A DNA stretch of 64,000 nt, taken from assembly GCF_009914755.1 (NCBI RefSeq), contig NC_060943.1. One strand, given 5' to 3'. This document shows positions 41,501-54,000 of this stretch, in pieces. Position numbers and translations under genes: made by a program. The stretch is from the human T2T-CHM13v2.0 reference genome, Homo sapiens. The first letter of the stretch is position 1. Each line of letters starts with the position of its first letter. The notes under the pieces are model-generated. The model worked only from the letters and a program-made list of their open reading frames with translations. It did no database searches and was not told the DNA's origin.

Positions 41501-42087
41501 CCGCAAGGGGATATTTGGACCGCTTTGAGACCTTTGCTGGAAATGGGAATATCTTCACATATAAACTAGACAGAAGCATTCTCAGAAACTTCTTCGTGAT
41601 GTGTGCATTCTCCTCCCGAATTTGAATCTTCCTTTTCATGAAGCAGTTTTGAAACACTCTGTTTGTGCAATCCACAATTGGATAATTGGAACGCTTTGAT
41701 GCCCATGGTAGAAAAGGAAATATCCTCATATAAAAACTAGACAGAAGGATTCACAGAAAATGCTTTGTGATGTGTGCATTCAAATCACGGAGTTGAATCT
41801 TTCTTTTGTCAGAGCAGTTTTGAAACACTGTTTCTGTGGAATCTGCCAGCGGACACTTGGAGCGCTTTGAGGGCTACGGTGGAGAAGGAAATATCTTCCC
41901 ATAAAAACTAGAAAGAAGCATTCTCAGAAACATTTATGTGAAGCGTGCATTCAACTCACAGAGTTGAACCTTCCTTTTGATACAACAGTTTTGAAACACT
42001 CTTTTGAACAATTGCAGGTGAATCTTTGGAGCGCTTTGAAGCCTTTGTTGGAAATGGGAATATCTTCACACACAAACTAGCCAGAAG
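26590..42087 (+). repeat. Second copy (H13-H19) of a multi-HOR block whose first copy is H2-H11
   Basis: Ordered matching of diagnostic variants: H13 tail=H2 tail, H14=H3, H15=H7, H16=H8, H17=H9, H18=H10, H19=H11. Confidence 0.85.
40853..40869 (+). other. Intact CENP-B box core motif in monomer 6 of H19
   Basis: CTTCGTCGGAAACGGGA with G at 40857, exactly 17712 bp (8 x 2214) from the H11 box. Confidence 0.9.
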
Positions 42088-45000
42088 CATTCTCAGAAAC
42101 TTCTTTGTGATGTGTGCGTTGAACCCAGAGAGATGAACCTTTCCTTTGATAGAGCAGTTTTGAAACGTGTTTTTGTAAGATCGGCAAGCGGATAATTGGC
42201 TTCGCTTTGTGTCCTTTGGTGGAAACGGGAATATCTTCTAATAAAAACTAGACAGAAATATTCTCAGAATCTCCTTTGTGATGTGGGCATTCAACTAACA
42301 CAGTTGAACATTTCTTTTCACAGAGCAGTTTTGAAACACTCTTTTGGTAGAATCTGCCAGTGGATATTTGGAGCGCTTGGAGGGCTATTGTGCCAATGGA
42401 AATATCTGCCCCTGAAAACTAGACAGAAGCATGCTCAGAAACTACTTCGTGATGTCTGCATTCAACACACAGAGTTGAACATACCTCTTCACAGAGCAGT
42501 TTTGAAAACCTCTTTCTGTAGAATCTGCAAGTGGATATTCGGACCACTTTGAGGCCTTCATAGGAAACAGTAATATCTTCACATAAAAACTAGATAGAAG
42601 CATTGTCAGAAAGTTCTTTGTGATGTGTGAATTCAACTCACAGAGTTGAACCTTCCTTTAATAGAGCAGTTTTGAAACACTCTTTTTCTAGAATCTGCAA
42701 GTAGATATTTGGAGCGCTTTGAGGCCTTCGTTGGAAACCGGAATATCTTCACAGGAAAAGTAGATAGAGGCATTCTCAGAAACTTTTTTGTGATATGTAG
42801 ATTCAACTCACAGCGTTGAACCTTTCTTTGGATGGAGCAGTTTTGAAAAACTCTTTTATCGAATCTGCAGGTAGACATTTGGGGTGCTTTGAGGGCTGTG
42901 GTGCAAAAGGAAATGTCTTCCCATAGAAACTAGACTGAAGCATTCTCAGCAACTTCTTGGTGACGTTTGCATTCATCTCACAGTTTTGAACATACCTTTC
43001 CATAGAGTGGTTTTGAAACACTGTTTTTGTATAATCGGCAAGTGGATATTTGGACTGCTTTCAGGCCTTCATCGGAAACGGGAATATCTTCACATAAACA
43101 CTAGAGAGAAGCATTCTCAGAAACTTCTTTGTCATCTGTCCATTCAACTCACAGAGTTGAACCTTCCTTTTTATGGAGCAGTTTTGAAACACTCCTTTTG
43201 GAGAATCTGCAAATGGATATTTGGAGCGCTTTGAGGCGTATGGTAGAAAAAGAAATATCTGCCTCTAAAAACCAGACAGAAGCATTCCGAGAAACTTCTT
43301 TGTGATGTTTGCATTCAACTAGCAGAGTTGAATCTTCCTTTTGATAGGGCAGTTTGGAAACTCTCTTTTTGTAGAATCTGCATGTGGATATCTGGAGCGG
43401 TTTGAGGCCTACGGTCAAAAAGGAAATATCTTCCTGGGAAAAATAGACGAAAGCATTCTCAGAAAGTGCTTTGTGATATGTGCATTCGACTCACCGAGTT
43501 GAAACTTTTTTTTGATAGAGCAGTTTTGAAACACTCTGTAGAATCTGAAAGTGGATATTTGGAGCTCTTTGAGGGCTATGGCGGAAAAGAAAATATATTC
43601 ACATTAAAGTAGACAGCAGCATTCTCAGAAACTTCTTTAGGATGTTTGCAGTAAACTCACAGAGTTGAACCTACCTTTCCGTAGAGCAGTTTTGAAACAC
43701 TCTGTTTGTGGGATCCGCAAGTGGATATTTGGACCGCTTTGAGACCTTTGCTGGAAATGGGAATATCTTCACATATAAACTAGACAGAAGCATTCTCAGA
43801 AACTTCTTCGTGATGTGTGCATTCTCCTCGCAAATTTGAATCTTCCTTTTCATGAAGCAGTTTTGAAACACTCTGTTTGTGCAATCCACAATTGGATAAT
43901 TGGAACGCTTTGATGCCCATGGTAGAAAAGGAAATATCCTCATATAAAAACTAGACAGAAGGATTCACAGAAAATGCTTTGTGATGTGTGCATTCAAATC
44001 ACGGAGTTGAATCTTTCTTTTGTCAGAGCAGTTTTGAAACACTGTTTCTGTGGAATCTGCCAGCGGACACTTGGAACGCTTTGAGGGCTACGGTGGAGAA
44101 GGAAATATCTTCCCATAAAAACTAGAAAGAAGCATTCTCAGAAACATTTATGTGAAGCGTGCATTCAACTCACAGAGTTGAACCTTCGTTTTGATACAAC
44201 AGTTTTGAAACACTCTTTTGAACAATTGCAGGTGAATCTTTGGAGCGCTTTGAAGCCTTTGTTGGAAATGGGAATATCTTCACACACAAACTAGCCAGAA
44301 GCATTCTCAGAAACTTCTTTGTGATGTGTGCGTTGAACCCAGAGAGATGAACCTTTCCTTTGATAGAGCAGTTTTGAAACGTGTTTTTGTAAGATCGGCA
44401 AGCGGATAATTGGCTTCGCTTTGTGTCCTTTGGTGGAAACGGGAATATCTTCTAATAAAAACTAGACAGAAATATTCTCAGAATCTCCTTTGTGATGTGG
44501 GCATTCAACTAACACAGTTGAACATTTCTTTTCACAGAGCAGTTTTGAAACACTCTTTTGGTAGAATCTGCCAGTGGATATTTGGAGCGCTTGGAGGGCT
44601 ATTGTGCCAATGGAAATATCTGCCCCTGAAAACTAGACAGAAGCATTCTCAGAAACTACTTCGTGATGTCTGCATTCAACACACAGAGTTGAACATACCT
44701 CTTCAGAGAGCAGTTTTGAAAACCTCTTTCTGTAGAATCTGCAAGTGGATATTCGGGCCACTTTGAGGCCTTCATAGGAAACAGTAATATCTTCACATAA
44801 AAACTAGATAGAAGCATTGTCAGAAAGTTCTTTGTGATGTGTGAATTCAACTCACAGAGTTGAACCTTCCTTTAATAGAGCAGTTTTGAAACACTCTTTT
44901 TCTAGAATCTGCAAGTAGATATTTGGAGCGCTTTGAGGCCTTCTTTGGAAACCGGAATATCTTCACAGGAAAAGTAGATAGAGGCATTCTCAGAAACTTT

Positions 45001-48000
45001 TTTGTGATATGTAGATTCAACTCACAGCGTTGAACCTTTCTTTGGATGGAGCAGTTTTGAAAAACTCTTTTATCGAATCTGCAGGTAGACATTCGGGGTG
45101 CTTTGAGGGCTGTGGTGCAAAAGGAAATGTCTTCCCATAGAAACTAGACTGAAGCATTCTCAGCAACTTCTTGGTGACGTTTGCATTCATCTCACAGTGT
45201 TGAACATACCTTTCCATAGAGTGGTTTTGAAACACTGTTTTTGTAGAATCGGCAAGTGGATATTTGGACTGCTTTGAGGCCTTCATCGGAAACGGGAATA
45301 TCTTCACATAAACACTAGAGAGAAGCATTCTCAGAAACTTCTTTGTCATCTGTCCATTCAACTCACAGAGTTGAACCTTCCTTTTTATGGAGCAGTTTTG
45401 AAACACTCCTTTTGGAGAATCTGCAAATGGATATTTGGAGCGCTTTGAGGCCTATGGTAGAAAAAGAAATATCTGCCTCTAAAAACCAGACAGAAGCATT
45501 CCGAGAAACTTCTTTGTGATGTTTGCATTCAACTAGCAGAGTTGAACCTTCCTTTTGATAGGGCAGTTTGGAAACACTCTTTTTGTAGAATCTGCATGTG
45601 GATATCTGGAGCGGTTTGAGGCCTACGGTCAAAAAGGAAATATCTTCCTGGGAAAAATAGACGAAAGCATTCTCAGAAAGTGCTTTGTGATATGTGCATT
45701 CGACTCACCGAGTTGAAACTTTTTTTTGATAGAGCAGTTTTGAAACACTCTGTAGAATCTGAAAGTGGATATTTGGAGCTCTTTGAGGGCTATGGCGGAA
45801 AAGAAAATATATTCACATTAAAGTAGACAGCAGCATTCTCAGAAACTTCTTTAGGATGTTTGCAGTAAACTCACAGAGTTGAACCTACCTTTCCATAGAG
45901 CAGTTTTGAAACACTCTGTTTGTGGGATCCGCAAGTGGATATTTGGACCGCTTTGAGGCCTTTGCTGGAAATGGGAATATCTTCACATATAAACTAGACA
46001 GAAGCATTCTCAGAAACTTCTTCGTGATGTGTGCATTCTCCTCGCGAATTTGAATCTTCCTTTTCATGAAGCAGTTTTGAAACACTCTGTTTGTGCAATC
46101 CACAATTGGATAATTGGAACGCTTTGATGCCCATGGTAGAAAAGGAAGTATCCTCATATAAAAACTAGACAGAAGGATTCACAGAAAATGCTTTGTGATG
46201 TGTGCATTCAAATCACGGAGTTGAATCTTTCTTTTGTCAGAGCAGTTTTGAAACACTGTTTCTGTGGAATCTGCCAGCGGACACTTGGAGCGCTTTGAGG
46301 GCTATGGTTGAGAAGGAAATATCTTCCCATAAAAACTAGAAAGAAGCATTCTCAGAAACATTTATGTGAAGCGTGCATTCAACTCACAGAGTTGAACCTT
46401 CCTTTTGATACAACAGTTTTGAAACACTCTTTTGAACAATTGCAGGTGAATCTTTGGAGCGCTTTGAAGCCTTTGTTGGAAATGGGAATATCTTCACACA
46501 CAAACTAGCCAGAAGCATTCTCAGAAACTTCTTTGTGATGTGTGCGTTGAACCCAGAGAGATGAACCTTTCCTTTGATAGAGCAGTTTTGAAGCGTGTTT
46601 TTGTAAGATCGGCAAGCGGATAATTGGCTTCGCTTTGTGTCCCTTGGTGGAAACGGGAATATCTTCTAATAAAAACTAGACAGAAATATTCTCAGAATCT
46701 CCTTTGTGATATGGGCATTCAACTAACACAGTTGAACATTTCTTTTCACAGAGCAGTTTTGAAACACTCTTTTGGTAGAATCTGCCAGTGGATATTTGGA
46801 GCGCTTGGAGGGCTATTGTGCCAATGGAAATATCTGCCCCTGAAAACTAGACAGAAGCATTCTCAGAAACTACTTCGTGATGTTTGCATTCAACACACAG
46901 AGTTGAACATACCTCTTCACAGAGCAGTTTTGAAAACCTCTTTCTGTAGAATCTGCAAGTGGATATTCGGACCACTTTGAGGCCTTCATAGGAAACAGTA
47001 ATATCTTCACATAAAAACTAGATAGAAGCATTGTCAGAAAGTTCTTTGTGATGTGTGAATTCAACTCACAGAGTTGAACCTTCCTTTAATAGAGCAGTTT
47101 TGAAACACTCTTTTTTTAGAATCTGCAAGTAGATATTTCGAGCGCTTTGAGGCCTTCGTTGGAAACCGGAATATCTTCACAGGAAAAGTAGATAGAGGCA
47201 TTCTCAGAAACTTTTTTGTGATATGTAGATTCAACTCACAGCGTTGAACCTTTCTTTGGATGGAGCAGTTTTGAAAAACTCTTTTATCGAATCTGCAGGT
47301 AGACATTTGGGGTGCTTTGAGGGCTGTGGTGCAAAAGGAAATGTCTTCCCATAGAAACTAGACTGAAGCATTCTCAGCAACTTCTTGGTGACGTTTGCAT
47401 GCATCTCACAGTGTTGAACATACCTTTCCATAGAGTGGTTTTGAAACACTGTTTTTGTAGAATCGGCAAGTGGATATTTGGACTGCTTTGAGGCCTTCAT
47501 CGGAAACGGGAATATCTTCACATAAACACTAGAGAGAAGCATTCTCAGAAACTTCTTTGTCATCTGTCCATTCAACTCACAGAGTTGAACCTTCCTTTTT
47601 ATGGAGCAGTTTTGAAACACTCCTTTTGGAGAATCTGCAAGTGGATATTTGGAGCGCTTTGAGGCCTATGGTAGAAAAAGAAATATCTGCCTCTAAAAAC
47701 CAGACAGAAGCATTCCGAGAAACTTCTTTGTGATGTTTGCATTCAACTAGCAGAGTTGAACCTTCCTTTTGATAGGGCAGTTTGGAAACACTCTTTTTGT
47801 AGAATCTGCATGTGGATATCTGGAGCGGTTTGAGGCCTACGGTCAAAAAGGAAATATCTTCCTGGGAAAAATAGACGAAAGCATTCTCAGAAAGTGCTTT
47901 GTGATATGTGCATTCGACTCACCGAGTTGAAACCTTTTTTTGATAGAGCAGTTTTGAAACACTCTGTAGAATCTGAAAGTGGATATTTGGAGCTCTTTGA

Positions 48001-51000
48001 GGGCTATGGCGGAAATGAAAATATATTCACATTAAAGTAGACAGCAGCATTCTCAGAAACTTCTTTAGGATGTTTGCAGTAAACTCACAGAGTTGAACCT
48101 ACCTTTCCGTAGAGCAGTTTTGAAACACTCTGTTTGTGGGATCCGCAAGTGGATATTTGGACCGCTTTGAGACCTTTGCTGGAAATGGGAATATCTTCAC
48201 ATATAAACTAGACAGAAGCATTCTCAGAAACTTCTTCGTGATGTGTGCATTCTCCTCCCGAATTTGAATCTTCCTTTTCATGAAGCAGTTTTGAAACACT
48301 CTGTTTGTGCAATCCACAATTGGATAATTGGAACGCTTTGATGCCCATGGTAGAAAAGGAAATATCCTCATATAAAAACTAGACAGAAGGATTCACAGAA
48401 AATGCTTTGTGATGTGTGCATTCAAATCACGGAGTTGAATCTTTCTTTTGTCAGAGCAGTTTTGAAACACTGTTTCTGTGGAATCTGCCAGCGGACACTT
48501 GGAGCGCTTTGAGGGCTATGGTGGAGAAGGAAATATCTTCCCATAAAAACTAGAAAGAAGCATTCTCAGAAACATTTATGTGAAGCGTGCATTCAACTCA
48601 CAGAGTTGAACCTTCCTTTTGATACAACAGTTTTGAAACACTCTTTGGAACAATTGCAGGTGAATCTTTGGAGCGCTTTGAAGCCTTTGTTGCAAATGGG
48701 AATATCTTCACACACAAACTAGCCAGAAGCATTCTCAGAAACTTCTTTGTGATGTGTGCGTTGAACCCAGAGAGATGAACCTTTCCTTTGATAGAGCAGT
48801 TTTGAAACGTGTTTTTGTAAGATCGGCAAGCGGATAATTGGCTTCGCTTTGTGTCCTTTGGTGGAAACGGGAATATCTTCTAATAAAAACTAGACAGAAA
48901 TATTCTCAGAATCTCCTTTGTGATGTGGGCATTCAACTAACACAGTTGAACATTTCTTTTCACAGAGCAGTTTTGAAACACTCTTTTGGGAGAATCTGCC
49001 AGTGGATATTTGGAGCGCTTGGAGGGCTATTGTGCCAATGGAAATATCTGCCCCTGAAAACTAGACAGAAGCATTCTCAGAAACTACTTCGTGATGTCTG
49101 CATTCAACACACAGAGTTGAACATACCTCTTCACAGAGCAGTTTTGAAAACCTCTTTCTGTAGAATCTGCAAGTGGATATTCGGACCACTTTGAGGCCTT
49201 CATAGGAAACAGTAATATCTTCACATAAAAACTAGATAGAAGCATTGTCAGAAAGCTCTTTGTGATGTGTGAATTCAACTCACAGAGTTGAACCTTCCTT
49301 TAATAGAGTAGTTTTGAAACACTCTTTTTCTAGAATCTGCAAGTAGATATTTGGAGTGCTTTGAGGCCTTCGTTGGAAACCGGAATATCTTCACAGGAAA
49401 AGTAGATAGAGGCATTCTCAGAAACTCTTTGTGATATGTAGATTCAACTCACAGCGTTGAACCTTTCTTTGGATGGAGCAGTTTTGAAAAACTCTTTTAT
49501 CGAATCTGCAGGTAGACATTTGGGGTGCTTTGAGGGCTGTGGTGCAAAAGGAAATGTCTTCCCATAGAAACTAGCCTGAAGCATTCTCAGCAACTTCTTG
49601 GTGACGTTTGCATTCATCTCACAGTGTTGAACATACCTTTCCATAGAGTGGTTTTGAAACACTGTTTTTGTAGAATCGGCAAGTGGATATTTGGACTGCT
49701 TTCAGGCCTTCATCGGAAACGGGAATATCTTCACATAAACACTAGAGAGAAGCATTCTCAGAAACTTCTTTGTCATCTGTCCATTCAACTCACAGAGTTG
49801 AACCTTCCTTTTTATGGAGCAGTTTTGAAACACTCCTTTTGGAGAATCTGCAAGTGGATATTTGGAGCGCTTTGAGGCCTATGGTAGAAAAAGGAATATC
49901 TGCCTCTGAAAACCAGACAGAAGCATTCCGAGAAACTTCTTTGTGATGTTTGCATTCAACTAGCAGAGTTGAACCTTCCTTTTGATAGGGCAGTTTGGAA
50001 ACACTCTTTTTGTAGAATCTGCATGTGGATATCTGGAGCGGTTTGAGGCCTACGGTCAAAAAGGAAATATCTTCCTGGGAAAAATAGACGAAAGCATTCT
50101 CAGAAAGTGCTTTGTGATATGTGCATTCGACTCACCGAGTTGAAACTTTTTTTTGATAGAGCAGTTTTGAAACACTCTGTAGAATCTGAAAGTGGATATT
50201 TGGAGCTCTTTGAGGGCTATGGCAGAAAAGAAAATATATTCACATTAAAGTAGACAGCAGCATTCTCAGAAACTTCTTTAGGATGTTTGCAGTAAACTCA
50301 CAGAGTTGAACCTACCTTTCTGTAGAGCAGTTTTGAAACACTCTGTTTGTGGGATCCGCAAGTGGATATTTGGACCGCTTTGAGACCTTTGCTGGAAATG
50401 GGAATATCTTCACATATAAACTAGACAGAAGCATTCTCAGAAACTTCTTCGTGATGTGTGCATTCTCCTCCCGAATTTGAATCTTCCTTTTCATGAAGCA
50501 GTTTTGAAACACTCTGTTTGTGCAATCCACAATTGGATAATTGGAACGCTTTGATGCCCATGGTAGAAAAGGAAATATCCTCATATAAAAACTAGACAGA
50601 AGGATTCACAGAAAATGCTTTGTGATGTGTGCATTCAAATCATGGAGTTGAATCTTTCTTTTGTCAGAGCAGTTTTGAAACACTGTTTCTGTGGAATCTG
50701 CCAGCGAACACTTGGAGCGCTTTGAGGGCTATGGTGGAGAAGGAAATATCTTCCCATAAAAACTAGAAAGAAGCATTCTCAGAAACATTTATGTGAAGCG
50801 TGCATTCAACTCACAGAGTTGAACCTTCCTTTTGATACAACAGTTTTGAAACACTCTTTTGAACAATTGCAGGTGAATCTTTGGAGCGCTTTGAAGCCTT
50901 TGTTGCAAATGGGAATATCTTCACACACAAACTAGCCAGAAGCATTCTCAGAAACTTCTTTGTGATGTGTGCGTTGAACCCAGAGAGATGAACCTTTCCT

Positions 51001-54000
51001 TTGATTGAGCAGTTTTGAAACGTGTTTTTGTAAGATCGGCAAGCGGATAATTGGCTTCGCTTTGTGTCCTTTGGTGGAAACGGGAATATCTTCTATTAAA
51101 AACTAGACAGAAATATTCTCAGAATCTCCTTTGTGATGTGGGCATTCAACTAACACAGTTGAACATTTCTTTTCACAGAGCAGTTTTGAAACACTCTTTT
51201 GGTAGAATCTGCCAGTGGATATTTGGAGCGCTTGGAGGGCTATTGTGCCAATGGAAATATCTGCCCCTGAAAACTAGACAGAAGCATTCTCAGAAACTGC
51301 TTCGTGATGTCTGCATTCAACACACAGAGTTGAACATACCTCTTCACAGAGCAGTTTTGAAAACCTCTTTCTGTAGAATCTGCAAGTGGATATTCGGACC
51401 ACTTTGAGGCCTTCATAGGAAACAGTAATATCTTCACATAAAAACTAGATAGAAGCATTGTCAGAAAGTTCTTTGTGATGTGTGAATTCAACTCACAGAG
51501 TTGAACCTTCCTTTAATAGAGCAGTTTTGAAACACTCTTTTTCTAGAATCTGCAAGTAGATATTTGGAGCACTTTGAGGCCTTCTTTGGAAACCAGAATA
51601 TCTTCACAGGAAAAGTAGATAGAGGCATTCTCAGAAACTTTTTTGTGATATGTAGATTCAACTCACAGTGTTGAACCTTTCTTTGGATGGAGCAGTTTTG
51701 AAAAACTCTTTTATCGAATCTGCAGGTAGACATTTGGGGTGCTTTGAGGGCTGTGGTGCAAAAGGAAATGTCTTCCCATAGAAACTAGACTGAAGCATTC
51801 TCAGCAACTTCTTGGTGACGTTTGCATGCATCTCACAGTGTTGAACATACCTTTCCATAGAGTGGTTTTGAAACACTGTTTTTGTAGAATCGGCAAGTGG
51901 ATATTTGGACTGCTTTGAGGCCTTCATCGGAAACGGGAATATCTTCACATAAACACTAGAGAGAAGCATTCTCAGAAACTTCTTTGTCATCTGTCCATTC
52001 AACTCACAGAGTTGAACCTTCCTTTTTATGGAGCAGTTTTGAAACACTCCTTTTGGAGAATCTGCAAGTGGATATTTGGAGCGCTTTGAGGCCTATGGTA
52101 GAAAAAGAAATATCTGCCTCTAAAAACCAGACAAAAGCATTCCGAGAAACTTCTTTGTGATGTTTGCATTCAACTAGCAGAGTTGAACCTTCCTTTTGAT
52201 AGGGCAGTTTGGAAACACTCTTTTTGTAGAATCTGCATGTGGATATCTGGAGCGGTTTGAGGCCTACGGTCAAAAAGGAAATATCTTCCTGGGAAAAATA
52301 GACGAAAGCATTCTCAGAAAGTGCTTTGTGATATGTGCATTCGACTCACCGAGTTGAAACCTTTTTTTGATAGAGCAGTTTTGAAACACTCTGTAGAATC
52401 TGAAAGTGGATATTTGGAGCTCTTTGAGGGCTATGGCGGAAAAGAAAATATATTCACATTAAAGTAGACAGCAGCATTCTCAGAAACTTCTTTAGGATGT
52501 TTGCAGTAAACTCACAGAGTTGAACCTACCTTTCCGTAGAGCAGTTTTGAAACACTCTGTTTGTGGGATCCGCAAGTGGATATTTGGACCGCTTTGAGAC
52601 CTTTGCTGGAAATGGGAATATCTTCACATATAAACTAGACAGAAGCATTCTCAGAAACTTCTTCGTGATGTGTGCATTCTCCTCCCGAATTTGAATCTTC
52701 CTTTTCATGAAGCAGTTTTGAAACACTCTGTTTGTGCAATCCACAATTGGATAATTGGAACGCTTTGATGCCCATGGTAGAAAAGGAAATATCCTCATAT
52801 AAAAACTAGACAGAAGGATTCACAGAAAATGCTTTGTGATGTGTGCATTCAAATCACGGAGTTGAATCTTTCTTTTGTCAGAGCAGTTTTGAAACACTGT
52901 TTCTGTGGAATCTGCCAGCGGACACTTGGAGCGCTTTGAGGGCTATGGTGGAGAAGGAAATATCTTCCCATAAAAACTAGAAAGAAGCATTCTCAGAAAC
53001 ATTTATGTGAAGCGTGCATTCAACTCATAGAGTTGAACCTTCCTTTTGATACAACAGTTTTGAAACACTCTTTGGAACAATTGCAGGTGAATCTTTGGAG
53101 CGCTTTGAAGCCTTTGTTGGAAATGGGAATATCTTCACACACAAACTAGCCAGAAGCATTCTCAGAAACTTCTTTGTGATGTGTGCGTTGAACCCAGAGA
53201 GATGAACCTTTCCTTTGATAGAGCAGTTTTGAAACGTGTTTTTGTAAGATCGGCAAGCGGATAATTGGCTTCGCTTTGTGTCCTTTGGTGGAAACGGGAA
53301 TATCTTCTAATAAAAACTAGACAGAAATATTCTCAGAATCTCCTTTGTGATGTGGGCATTCAACTAACACAGTTGAACATTTCTTTTCACAGAGCAGTTT
53401 TGAAACACTCTTTTGGTAGAATCTGCCAGTGGATATTTGGAGCGCTTGGAGGGCTATTGTGCCAATGGAAATATCTGCCCCTGAAAACTAGACAGAAGCA
53501 TTCTCAGAAACTACTTCGTGATGTCTGCATTCAACACACAGAGTTGAACATACCTCTTCACAGAGCAGTTTTGAAAACCTCTTTCTGTAGAATCTGCAAG
53601 TGGATATTCGGACCACTTTGAGGCCTTCATAGGAAACAGTAATATCTTCACATAAAAACTAGATAGAAGCATTGTCAGAAAGTTCTTTGTGATGTGTGAA
53701 TTCAACTCACAGAGTTGAACCTTCCTTTAATAGAGCAGTTTTGAAACACTCTTTTTCTAGAATCTGCAAGTAGATATTTGGAGCGCTTTGAGGCCTTCGT
53801 TGGAAACTGGAATATCTTCACAGGAAAAGTAGATAGAGGCATTCTCAGAAACTCTTTGTGATATGTAGATTCAACTCACAGCGTTGAACCTTTCTTTGGA
53901 TGGAGCAGTTTTGAAAAACTCTTTTATCGAATCTGCAGGTAGACATTTGGGGTGCTTTGAGGTCTGTGGTGCAAAAGGAAATGTCTTCCCATAGAAACTA

